DNA of 64,000 nucleotides from Octopus vulgaris (Eukaryota). Position 1 is the stretch's first letter; every line of letters begins with the position of its first letter. This document shows, piece by piece, positions 40,728-49,374 of the stretch. The DNA is taken from positions 96,596,001-96,660,000 of the forward strand of contig OX597820.1 of assembly GCA_951406725.2 (NCBI GenBank). The letters are read 5' to 3'. The notes beneath the pieces were generated by a model, which was not told the DNA's origin, ran no database searches, and saw only the letters and a list, made by a program, of their open reading frames with translations. The position numbers and the translations under genes are program-made.

Positions 40728-43700
40728 TCAGGATTTGGGCACCAAGGCCCATTCGAGCAGAGAGTTATTGTTTGCGGAGACATATCCGGGTGTGGGTGGT
40801 TTGTCCGGGACTGTTTGAAGGAATTTGTCCAATGACTTCTTGAATTTTGTGTGGTCAGTTTCTTTTTTGACGTGTCCTGGTGTAATGTTGAAGAGAGCGG
40901 GTCCAATTGAGGTGAAATAGTTGTGCTGTATTGCCGTTATGTGATGCGATTTAGATTTTTGTTGTGGACGGATGGCACATGGTCCAAGCCTTGGATGTAT
41001 TTTGAAGGTGATGCCAACATCATTCGGACAGTGCTGATGGAATATTTTCCACATCATACAGATAATGTAGCGTTCACGGCGTCGTTGGAGTGAATACAGT
41101 TTCAGCTTCTCTAGTCTACCCCAGTAGTCAAGGTCTGACATGCCATCTATCTTTTTTGTGATTGACCTTTGGGGAGCTTCAATTCTCATAATATTTTGTT
41201 TTGTGTAGGGAGACCACAGTGGACAGCAGTATTCAAGGTGGGGTCGGGCAAAAGTGGAGAAGAGAAGGATAATAGTGTGGGAATCTCTCGACTGGAAGGT
41301 TCTGAGAATCCAGGAACACATTCTGCGGGCCATGTCAACTTTGCTGCTTATATGTGTAGCCCAGCTTATGTTGTTGTCCACTGTTACTCCCAAGTCTCTG
41401 ATGTTGTTGGATGCCATGAGAATTTCTCCAGAAGGAAGAGAGTATGGGAGTTTCAGAGCGTCCTCCCTTCCAAAGTGGATCAGTTCGAATTTGTCTTCGT
41501 TTAGCAACATGTTATTCTTTTCCGCCCATTGGACAACAGCCAGTAGGTCTGACTGAAGGCTTATTCGGTCATCCACGCCATTGATGACCTTCTGGAGCTT
41601 GGAATCATCAGCGAAGGTTCTGATGTTACTGTGTTTGATGGTGTCAGTAATATCATTTATGTAGATGATGAAGAGAAGTGGGCCCAACACAGTGCCTTGT
41701 GGGACACCACTGCTGACTTTGGCTGGGCTGGATTTGACTCCTTCGACTACAACATGTTGGGTTCTGTTAGACAGGAAGCACTTGATCCACTGCAGCAGCT
41801 TTCCAGTGACACCAATATTGGACAGCTTTCTCAGAAGGATCTTATGATCAACCCTGTCAAAGGCCTTGCTGAAATCAAGGTAGATGACATCAGTGTTGGA
41901 ACCCTCTCCCAAGGCTCTCAAAATGTCATCAAAATGATGCAGTAGCTGCGTCAGGCAATCTCTCCCATTACGGAATCCATGCTGGTTGGAGTTCAGCATA
42001 TTATGACTCTCAAGGAAGTGAGTCATACGCGATCTCAGCACTCTCTCAAATACCTTAATGATATGAGAGGTGAGTGAGATTGGACGGTAATTCACGGCAA
42101 GCGATTTGTTTCCTTTTTTGAAAACTGGGACAACAGACTGGGATAGAAGGTCTTCTGGTATATATCCAGCATCCAGTGAGTTCCGCCACAGATTGGCTAG
42201 AGGGGGTGCAAGTTGGTTTTGACACATCTTCAAGACACAAGCAGGGAACCTATCGGGACCTACTGCTGAATTATGCTTCATTTCCTTTATTGCTGCTAAG
42301 ACATCAGGAGCGCCAAAGGTTATGTCCGATAAAGTGTATTGGGGAGTAACATCACTGATACAGCCCAGATCAGTCATATCAGGATTGCTGAAAACAGAGC
42401 AATATTGTTTCTGCAATATCTCTCCCATGGTTTTGGCATTGTCTTGAAGAGTACCATTTTCATCAATCAGAGGGCCAACAGTAGAACCAGTGACTCTGTG
42501 TTTTTTTGCAAATGAAAAGAACACTTTGGGATTGAGTTTGATCTTCTCAATGGCCCAGGCCTCTTCAGCTCTTCGCTGACTATTGATGATAGACATCATG
42601 TTGTTTTGGAGTTTATGTTTTTTAATCTCTAGCGACGAGATGGCAGTCAGGTTGGTGTGTTGCTGTTGACAGTATTTCAGCTTGTTGATTTTTTTGTTAA
42701 TTCTTTTAATTTTCCTGATGAGAGATTTTCTATTTCTAGGGATTCGACACTTAGATTTGTTTGCAGATCTTAATGGGGTGTGTTTTGCACATATGTTCGT
42801 AATGGTGTCTACAAATGACTGCCAGGACTTTTTGATGTTAGTGGGTGTGTATGTGTGCGTGAAGGACCAATCGACTTGTGCAAGATCATTATTGATCGCT
42901 TCCCAGTTTGCATTGTGGAAATCCATAGTGTCAAATGGATGAACAGGAGGGATGACATTTGTTTTGCATTTTGGCCAGTGAAATCTCAGATCACAGAGAA
43001 CCATGTCATGATCGGAGAGTAGGGTTTTCTCCACTGCAATATTGTGGATAGTATCAGTGTGATTGCTGAAAATTAAGTCTAAGACGTTTTTATGACATCT
43101 CGTTGGTTCGAGTACCAGTTGGGACAGGAAGAAATCATCCATGAAGTCAAGAAGCGATTCCACTGCCTCCCTGTCAGGGGTTGAGAGAGAAGAACCTGGC
43201 GGCAGACTGTTTGTAGACCAGTCAACCCCGGGAAGGTTGAAGTCTCCCATCATTAAAATGTTGTCAGGTTGACACTGCTGAATGAAACACTTTATGTTGT
43301 TGAGGCATTCCTTGAAGCATGGTAGGGGCGTTTGGGGTGGTCTGTAGAGCCCAACTACTGTTAAGTTGTTGGTTTGACTGAATACAGCGACTGCTTCGCA
43401 GTATCCATTGGAAAATATGTTCATGGCTTCTGTTGAGAATGAATCATGAACATAAATGGCAGTCCCACCCTTTCTTCTGCCAGCACGATCAGCACGAATG
43501 GTTTTGAAATTTTTAACTTTCACCTCGGCTTCCAAGTGAAGGTTACTAAGATGGGTTTCAGTGAGGACGAAGAAAGGGATGTGGTTTGGATGGGCCTCGA
43601 CCCAGTCCTCCAGGAATCTTATCTTCCATTTTTGTGTATTGGTGGAAGGGCTGATGCCTTGGGCATTAAGCAAAAATGTTGAGGCGAGAGTGGATGGTTT

Positions 43701-43745
43701 TAATTGTTTTGTTGATTTGTTTATTTGATTGCTTTTTAATGGCAT
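40728..43745 (-). CDS. LINE ORF2: apurinic-like endonuclease plus reverse transcriptase (1005 aa)
   Basis: APE motifs LLNAQG, LTETHL, RADR..GGTAIY, LYRPP, MGDFN, LDLIFSN, SDH. RT motifs YRPISL, QHGFR, YLDFSKAFD, GVPQGTVLGP, FADD, DLGV. CR1/L2-type RPHLEYC..WSP. Confidence 0.95.
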   Translation of the reverse strand: MPLKSNQINKSTKQLKPSTLASTFLLNAQGISPSTNTQKWKIRFLEDWVEAHPNHIPFFVLTETHLSNLHLEAEVKVKNFKTIRADRAGRRKGGTAIYVHDSFSTEAMNIFSNGYCEAVAVFSQTNNLTVVGLYRPPQTPLPCFKECLNNIKCFIQQCQPDNILMMGDFNLPGVDWSTNSLPPGSSLSTPDREAVESLLDFMDDFFLSQLVLEPTRCHKNVLDLIFSNHTDTIHNIAVEKTLLSDHDMVLCDLRFHWPKCKTNVIPPVHPFDTMDFHNANWEAINNDLAQVDWSFTHTYTPTNIKKSWQSFVDTITNICAKHTPLRSANKSKCRIPRNRKSLIRKIKRINKKINKLKYCQQQHTNLTAISSLEIKKHKLQNNMMSIINSQRRAEEAWAIEKIKLNPKVFFSFAKKHRVTGSTVGPLIDENGTLQDNAKTMGEILQKQYCSVFSNPDMTDLGCISDVTPQYTLSDITFGAPDVLAAIKEMKHNSAVGPDRFPACVLKMCQNQLAPPLANLWRNSLDAGYIPEDLLSQSVVPVFKKGNKSLAVNYRPISLTSHIIKVFERVLRSRMTHFLESHNMLNSNQHGFRNGRDCLTQLLHHFDDILRALGEGSNTDVIYLDFSKAFDRVDHKILLRKLSNIGVTGKLLQWIKCFLSNRTQHVVVEGVKSSPAKVSSGVPQGTVLGPLLFIIYINDITDTIKHSNIRTFADDSKLQKVINGVDDRISLQSDLLAVVQWAEKNNMLLNEDKFELIHFGREDALKLPYSLPSGEILMASNNIRDLGVTVDNNISWATHISSKVDMARRMCSWILRTFQSRDSHTIILLFSTFARPHLEYCCPLWSPYTKQNIMRIEAPQRSITKKIDGMSDLDYWGRLEKLKLYSLQRRRERYIICMMWKIFHQHCPNDVGITFKIHPRLGPCAIRPQQKSKSHHITAIQHNYFTSIGPALFNITPGHVKKETDHTKFKKSLDKFLQTVPDKPPTPGYVSANNNSLLEWALVPKS

Positions 43746-44010
43746 GTGCAGTGGGGTAATAGTGGTGGATGGTGGTGGGTGATAGCTCGGATGATTTTTT
43801 CCAGTTCTTTTGCTAGATTCATTATAGCTAAAAAAGAGGAAGAAGAGGTGGTTTCCTGTCTAGGGAACTGTAGGTGACTGTGGTTGTGGTTATTTTTATA
43901 TGAGTGGTTATTTCTATATGAGTCGTAGGTTTTTTTGCTTTTATTTTTATTGTCGTAGGTTTTTTTGCTTTTATTTTTATAGTCGTAGGTTTTTTTGCTT
44001 TTATTTTTAT
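43736..44010 (-). pseudogene. C-terminal remnant of LINE ORF1, overlapping the ORF2 start
   Basis: Open frame (YKNKSKKTYD)n-SYRNNHSYKNNHNHSHLQFPRQETTSSSSFLAIMNLAKELEKIIRAITHHHPPLLPHCTCH*. It ends in ATGCCATTAA, which includes the ORF2 ATG. Confidence 0.55.
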
Positions 44011-44098
44011 AGTCGTAGGTTTTTTGCTTTTATTTTTATAGTCGTAGGTTTTTTTGCTTTTATTTTTATAGTCGTAGGTTTTTTGCTTTTATTTTTAT
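43921..44098. repeat. 29-30-bp tandem repeat x6 (agtcgtaggtttttttgcttttatttttat)
   Basis: Direct reading of the sequence. Confidence 0.95.
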
Positions 44099-44137
44099 TA
44101 TTATTAAATAATAAAATTTATTTTTTATTATTATTTT

Positions 44138-44180
<43 letters not shown>

Positions 44181-44576
44181 ATTCACACAATAGAGTTCGC
44201 GTAGAGTGAATTGGCTTCGAAGGAATAGCCAAACGAGGGACATGTAAGTGTGTATGAAGCATGTATGAGAGAGAGAGAGCAGAGAAAGGAGAGATAGAGA
44301 GGGGATAAGAGAAAGACAGAAAACCAGAAAAACAGAATGTCAGGGTAACTTGTCTTACGTGTAGAAATAACATATTAAAGGTGAAACTAAAACATTAGTG
44401 ACACCTACTTTGCTAGTTTGTTGTAAAAGTATATAAGGGACAACAAATGGGAAAGAAACAATAAAATATATACATTTTCCTGCTGTAAAGGAATCTCTAA
44501 GGGAGTGATAGAGATATATTAAGATAGAGGGAGAGAGAGAGAGAGAGTTAGAGAGGAAATGGTATTTTCATTGTAA

Positions 44577-44994
44577 GGCGGCGAGCTGGCAGTAACATTA
44601 GCACGCTGGGCGAAATGCTTAGCAGTATTCGTCTGCCGTTACGTTGTGAGTTCAAATTCCGCCGAGGTCGACTTTGCCTTTCATCCTTTCGGGATCGATA
44701 AATTAAGTACCAGTTACGCACTGGGGTCGATGTAATCGACTTAATACCTATGTCTGTCCTTGTTTGTCCCCTCTATGTTTAGCCCCTTGTGGGTAATAAA
44801 GAAATGGGTATTTCGTCTGCCGCTACGTTCTGAGTTCAAATTCCGCCAAGGTCGACTTTGCCTTTCATCCTTTTGGGGTCGATTAAATAAGTACCAGTTA
44901 CGCACTGGGGTCGATATAATCGACTTAATCCGTTTGTCTGTCCTTGTTTGTCCTCTCTGTGTTTAGCTAGCCCCTTGTGGGTAGTAAAGAAATG
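44577..44994 (+). mobile_element. SINE family A, two units, TSD ggtattttcat
   Basis: TSD at 44561-44571 and 44995-45005. Confidence 0.9.
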
Positions 44995-45069
44995 GGTATT
45001 TTCATACAGAAATTATAATGGAATTAAAGTAGCAACAATATTCAGTTTGCTTCTAAGCTAGATATATCA

Positions 45070-45120
<51 letters not shown>

Positions 45121-45126
<6 letters not shown>

Positions 45127-45307
45127 AAAGAGCTTCTACAGGACTAGAACTGTTTCATTCAAAAGAAATCATCAGGCAGCTTCCTGATGATTTCTTTTGA
45201 ATGAAACAGTTCTAGTCCTGTAGAACTCCTTCTATAAAATAAATTAATTTACTCTGCTATGTATTGAGTACCTTATTTACTGTGGTTAACCCCGACTCAA
45301 CTCGGGA

Positions 45308-45311
<4 letters not shown>
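45121..45311. mobile_element. Palindromic mini-element between (TA)n tracts with hammerhead core boxes
   Basis: Hairpin at 45121-45237 (~55-bp arms). The right arm carries CTGATGA-tttcttttgaat-GAAAC, but stem I is not satisfied. Confidence 0.65.
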
Positions 45312-45370
<59 letters not shown>

Positions 45371-45395
45371 AGGTTTGGAGATGATGTACAGGTAT

Positions 45396-45545
45396 TATAT
45401 ATTAGAAGAAATGAGGTAATCAGAAGATCGGATGGTTCATGTTTACAGATATTTATTTATATATTACATTTTTTACATATATATATCATATCATTCAGAT
45501 CATTAGCGCTTTCTCCCATTCTAGTGGGGTTTTCAAATCAAAATA
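45396..45545. repeat. Left arm of the inverted-repeat host element of the Hero insertion
   Basis: 45396-45485 is the reverse complement of 49371-49460. Confidence 0.85.
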
Positions 45546-45638
45546 ATTCTCTCCTGATGACCCCATACACTTGCTAGCTTCCGATATACGGAGCTTTTAA
45601 CTGGTAGCACTTGCATGTGCAAGTTGTTTGCAAGATAT
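45546..45638 (+). repeat. 5' terminal direct repeat (93 bp)
   Basis: Base-for-base identical to 49282-49374. Confidence 0.97.
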
Positions 45639-45664
45639 CTAAGACCTTGTGGTAGGTAACCACT

Positions 45665-45764
45665 GACAAACCGGAAAGACGGTTAGGCATCTTGGAAAGA
45701 CAAGAGGACTGCTCGGAAAGACCAGCGGACAATAGGAAAGACTATCGACACCAGGAAAGACTGG
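45665..45764 (+). ncRNA. Array of five hairpins with invariant GAAAGA loop in the 5' UTR
   Basis: aaccg/cggtt, tcttg/caaga, tgctcg/ccagcg, atag/ctat and ccag/ctgg, each closing GAAAGA. Confidence 0.8.
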
Positions 45765-45906
45765 CGGAGGCTACGGACTTACGATCCTCGCCTCTGTATT
45801 TTATTGTAACAGACATAACAGGAAAAGACAGCCCCATGATTGACCGAGAGGGGGAGTCGAGAATCAATCAAACCCAGTCAGCACGGAAACGACCTTTGAA
45901 ACGAGC

Positions 45907-48786
45907 ATGATTATTCATTCGAACAGCGGACGAAATGCAAACAACTTTGGATGCAAGCTGTGCTATAGAACCTTTGCAACTGAGAGAGGCTTGAAGATAC
46001 ATCAGGGAAAGACTTGTGAGAAGAGGACAGAGCAGTGTGGATCGTCAGATCGTAAAACACGTGGCAAATCATCCCCGGACTCAAACCACAGCGGATCGAT
46101 AAATGCTACAGCACAGAACTCTTCACGTGAAGAAACTACAAGTCATGAAACTGGTGCATCGGATAATACTCAGAGGAAACCGAGGGTTTTGTGGCCTGCT
46201 GCTAATGAGAAAGTGAAATATAAAGTGTTTGAAAACAAGGTTTGTCGGACTCTTTATAAAATGACAGGCTCTACAGTGGAAAAACTGGGAAAATTATCAA
46301 GCTCAATATACGATGTAGCAAGAGATTTATTTGGAATAAAAGAGAATATCCGACTAGAGAAAGGAAAGTGTGGACCAAGCAGGAGGATCAGAAAAATGCA
46401 GCAGTTGAGGAAGGAAAAGTCCGACTTAAGAAAGAGATGGAGATGTGCTGCACTAGATGAGAAACCTGGCCTTGCGTTGCTGTATAACGATTTGAAGAGG
46501 AAATGTCGTTATGTGCAACGACATATTCGCCGATATGAGCGTCGAAAAGAAAGTAAAAGGACTCGAGGGCAGTTTCTGAAGGACCCGTACGGGTTTACTA
46601 AGAAGCTGTTCACTGAGCCGAAGAGTGGTACTTTATCGTGCACTAAAGAAGAATTGGATGCTCATATCAAGGAAACCTACAGCGATCCGCACCGTAATCA
46701 GCCGCTGCCATCTCTACATGGGCTAAATCATCTCTCAGGACCTGATATCGAATTCCAGATTGGGGACATCAGGGAGAGAGAGGTGAATGACTTCGTAAGA
46801 AAAGCTAGAGCGAAGAGTGCCCCAGGAGGTGATGGCGTCTCATATAAAGTCTACAAATACTGCAATCGTCTGCGAAAGAAGCTCTTCGTCCTAATCCGAC
46901 AACTGTGGCGCGAGGAGACTATAGTAGAGGATTGGTGTAAGGCAGAAGGTATATACCTGCCGAAAGAGGCCAATGCAAAGACCATAAAACAGTTTAGGCC
47001 GATATCCTTATTGAATGTGGAAGGCAAGATCTTTATGGGAATTCTGTCGAGGAGAACAGTGACATATTTACAGAGTAACGGATATGTTGATGAATCTGTT
47101 CAAAAGGCCGGAATCCCCGGGATCCCTGGATGCGTTGAACACTGTTTTTCGATTTGGAAAGCGATTCAGGATGCCAAACAGAACAAGAAAAGTCTGAACG
47201 TGGTATGGCTCGACCTAGCTAACGCGTATGGTTCAGTGCCACACAAATTACTAATAACAGCCATGGACCACTTCCACATTCCTGACAAAGTGATCAAAAT
47301 AATGAGGATGTACTATGAAAGTTTCGAAATGAGGTTTACAACTGGAAGTTTTACAACAAATTGGCACCGATTGGAGGTTGGCATTGCTGCTGGCTGTACA
47401 ATATCTGTCACGTGGTTTATCTTAGTCATGGAGTTGATTTTGAAAGGTGTAGATTTTTCGGAACAAATCGCCCATGTACAATCGCCTAAGAAAGCCTTCA
47501 TGGATGACGTGACACTTCTAGCTACAGATAAACAAATCATGCAGAATGCCCTTTTGAGATTAGACGAACGTGTAAGGTGGTCAAGGATGCGATTTAGAGC
47601 AAAAACGTCGCGTAGTCTGACATTTGTTAAGGGAGTGCAGAAAGAATTTAAATTTCGAATATCGGAAGAAAGCATTCCAACAGTCAAGGAAGAGCCCGTC
47701 AAGAGCTTGGGACGAGTATATGCTGGAACATTGTCAGATAGAAGTCGTGGGATTGAAATTATGAAACAGGCCGAGGCTGGGTTATCAGCGATTGATGTTT
47801 CGAAGTTACCAGGTAAATATAAAATTTGGTGCTTGCAGTTCGGACTGTACCCGCGACTTGCGTGGCCACTTTTAATATACGAAGTAGCATTGTCACAAGT
47901 TGAAAAGATCGAACAAAAATGTAATGTGTTCATTAGAAAGTGGCTAGGTCTACCTCGTATGTTGAACAGCTCAGCTCTTTATCGTAAAAGAGGTTCGTTG
48001 CAGTTACCAATAGCATCAATAGTCGAAATATATAAGTTGGGGAAGATACGGACGGTCATGATGCTGAGAGAATCGAAGGATATGGAAATCAGGCGTAACC
48101 CACCAGAGGTGAAAACAGCCAGGAAGTGGAAAGCAGAAGCAGAAACTGACAACATCTTGTCTTCTCTTACACACAGAGATATGGTGGGAGCAACGCAGAA
48201 CCATCGGAAAGGATTTGGTTTTGGCGCGGATCAGTTCAGACCGTTTGCAAGCATGATGCCGTGTGAACGCAGATCTGTTGTTAGCAACAGCGTCAAAACA
48301 AGAGAAGCAGAGAGAAGAGAGCTTCATTTGATCCGATGTGTTCATCAAGGTCAGATGACGAGATGGGAAGAACATGTTGTTGAGAGGAAGATAAGTTGGG
48401 ATGAGATGTGGAAGTGGACAACATCTCGGCTGAGTTTCCTGATTCGTTCATCTTATGATGTTTTGCCATCACCTACGAATCTAGTAAGATGGAACGTCTT
48501 AGAGAATGACGTCTGCAAATGTGGAAAAGTCGGTACACTAAAACATATTCTTTCCAACTGTTCGTTAGCATTGAACAGGTACACATGGAGGCACAACTTG
48601 GTCCTTAAGGTTATCTTCAATGCTATAAAGAATCAAATTCATCTCAACAACACTGAGGAAAAATCGTTAAAAGTACCATCAAGAGAGTTCATTACCTTCG
48701 TGCGACCAGGTCAGCAGATCCGTTTCAAGAAGAAGACCAAGAAACTTCCTGAGAAAATGAAAAGTGGAACGACTATTGGGAGGTAA
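45907..48786 (+). CDS. Hero-like polyprotein: N-terminal C2HC zinc finger, RT, CCHC knuckle (frameshifted before the RLE)
   Basis: CKLC..GLKIHQGKTC, SAPGGDG, FRPISLLN, LDLANAYGS, FMDD, CKCGKVGTLKHILSNC..YTWRHNLV. Confidence 0.92.
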   Translation: MIIHSNSGRNANNFGCKLCYRTFATERGLKIHQGKTCEKRTEQCGSSDRKTRGKSSPDSNHSGSINATAQNSSREETTSHETGASDNTQRKPRVLWPAANEKVKYKVFENKVCRTLYKMTGSTVEKLGKLSSSIYDVARDLFGIKENIRLEKGKCGPSRRIRKMQQLRKEKSDLRKRWRCAALDEKPGLALLYNDLKRKCRYVQRHIRRYERRKESKRTRGQFLKDPYGFTKKLFTEPKSGTLSCTKEELDAHIKETYSDPHRNQPLPSLHGLNHLSGPDIEFQIGDIREREVNDFVRKARAKSAPGGDGVSYKVYKYCNRLRKKLFVLIRQLWREETIVEDWCKAEGIYLPKEANAKTIKQFRPISLLNVEGKIFMGILSRRTVTYLQSNGYVDESVQKAGIPGIPGCVEHCFSIWKAIQDAKQNKKSLNVVWLDLANAYGSVPHKLLITAMDHFHIPDKVIKIMRMYYESFEMRFTTGSFTTNWHRLEVGIAAGCTISVTWFILVMELILKGVDFSEQIAHVQSPKKAFMDDVTLLATDKQIMQNALLRLDERVRWSRMRFRAKTSRSLTFVKGVQKEFKFRISEESIPTVKEEPVKSLGRVYAGTLSDRSRGIEIMKQAEAGLSAIDVSKLPGKYKIWCLQFGLYPRLAWPLLIYEVALSQVEKIEQKCNVFIRKWLGLPRMLNSSALYRKRGSLQLPIASIVEIYKLGKIRTVMMLRESKDMEIRRNPPEVKTARKWKAEAETDNILSSLTHRDMVGATQNHRKGFGFGADQFRPFASMMPCERRSVVSNSVKTREAERRELHLIRCVHQGQMTRWEEHVVERKISWDEMWKWTTSRLSFLIRSSYDVLPSPTNLVRWNVLENDVCKCGKVGTLKHILSNCSLALNRYTWRHNLVLKVIFNAIKNQIHLNNTEEKSLKVPSREFITFVRPGQQIRFKKKTKKLPEKMKSGTTIGR

Positions 48787-49181
48787 CTGCAGATTTACCT
48801 GGGTGCCAGGTTTTCTTTCCCATCCCAGTTTCGAAAAAACCAGATATTTTGATGTGGTGTGAAAGAAAGAAAGTTTTAAATATAGTCGAGCTAACGGTTC
48901 CTCACGAAGATAATATGGACGCCGCTCGAGCTCGAAAATTAAACCGTTATGAAAACCTCCTCGAGGAATATGAAGACGCAGGCTGGAAAGCGGAACATTT
49001 TCCTATCGAAGTCGGATGTAGAGGGTTTGTAGGACACAGCGTGAGACGACTGTTGTTATCGTTAGGCCTAACTCATCGTAAAGTCAATACCACCATGACT
49101 GATATCCAATCTACAGTGGAGAAGGCTAGCCACTGGATTTGGTTAAAAAGAGACGATGAGCGATGGCTAGAAGTATATTGA
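48753..49181 (+). CDS. Restriction-like endonuclease (PD-(D/E)xK) domain, continuation of the Hero ORF in the -1 frame
   Basis: ENEKWNDYWEVTADLPG..KKPDILMW..IVELTVPHE..PIEVGCRGF..EKASHWIWLKR. The frame is open from 48753. Confidence 0.9.
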   Translation, partial: ENEKWNDYWEVTADLPGCQVFFPIPVSKKPDILMWCERKKVLNIVELTVPHEDNMDAARARKLNRYENLLEEYEDAGWKAEHFPIEVGCRGFVGHSVRRLLLSLGLTHRKVNTTMTDIQSTVEKASHWIWLKRDDERWLEVY

Positions 49182-49201
49182 GTTCATCATAACCAGCTGA
49201 T

Positions 49202-49313
49202 CTAGCAAGCGGGGCCTCATATCAGTGAGGGGGGCCGGTGCGCATTGATGCCGTCGAGAGGTAGGCCCCGAAACGGCGCGCATTCTCTCCTGATGACCCC
49301 ATACACTTGCTAG
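49202..49313 (+). ncRNA. Candidate permuted/pseudoknotted hammerhead ribozyme in the 3' UTR
   Basis: GCCGT-C-GAGAG (49250-60), GGCCCC-GAAACGGC (49264-77), CTCTC-CTGATGA (49285-96), with stem II partner GGGGCC (49231-36). Confidence 0.6.
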
Positions 49314-49374
49314 CTTCCGATATACGGAGCTTTTAACTGGTAGCACTTGCATGTGCAAGTTGTTTGCAAGATAT
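49282..49374 (+). repeat. 3' terminal direct repeat (93 bp)
   Basis: Identical to 45546-45638. Confidence 0.97.

Larger units (their letters stand above)
40641..44100 (-). mobile_element. CR1/L2-group LINE, 5'-truncated in ORF1, flanked by (TA)n
   Basis: Intact ORF2, short 3' UTR ending in (TTCTAAGTTA)2, and an ORF1 C-terminus upstream. Confidence 0.9.
45546..49374 (+). mobile_element. Hero-clade (RLE-type) non-LTR retrotransposon, apparently full length, with 93-bp terminal direct repeats
   Basis: ZnF-RT-CCHC-RLE ORF. 45546-45638 is identical to 49282-49374. The clade call rests on Hero-like motifs (WLDLANAYGSVPH, AFMDD, KSLGR, LPGKYKIWCLQ..PRLAWPLLIYEV, RKWLGLP). Confidence 0.85.

Noticed and set aside
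45665-45764. CRISPR-like regularly spaced short repeat
   Set aside because: The constant part is only 8 nt, the variable parts are the paired stems, there are no cas genes and the context is eukaryotic. Kept as a hairpin array.
45692-45910. 72-aa upstream ORF as Hero ORF1
   Set aside because: It has a non-ATG start, and its RKD/ERx periodicity simply reflects the hairpin array.
41169-48375. Antisense ORFs within the two LINE ORFs
   Set aside because: They are shadow frames of real coding sequence with no recognisable motifs.
45546-49374. LTR retrotransposon interpretation of the terminal repeats
   Set aside because: There are no TG..CA ends, PBS/PPT, gag, protease, RNase H or integrase. 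The protein is a non-LTR RT with an RLE.
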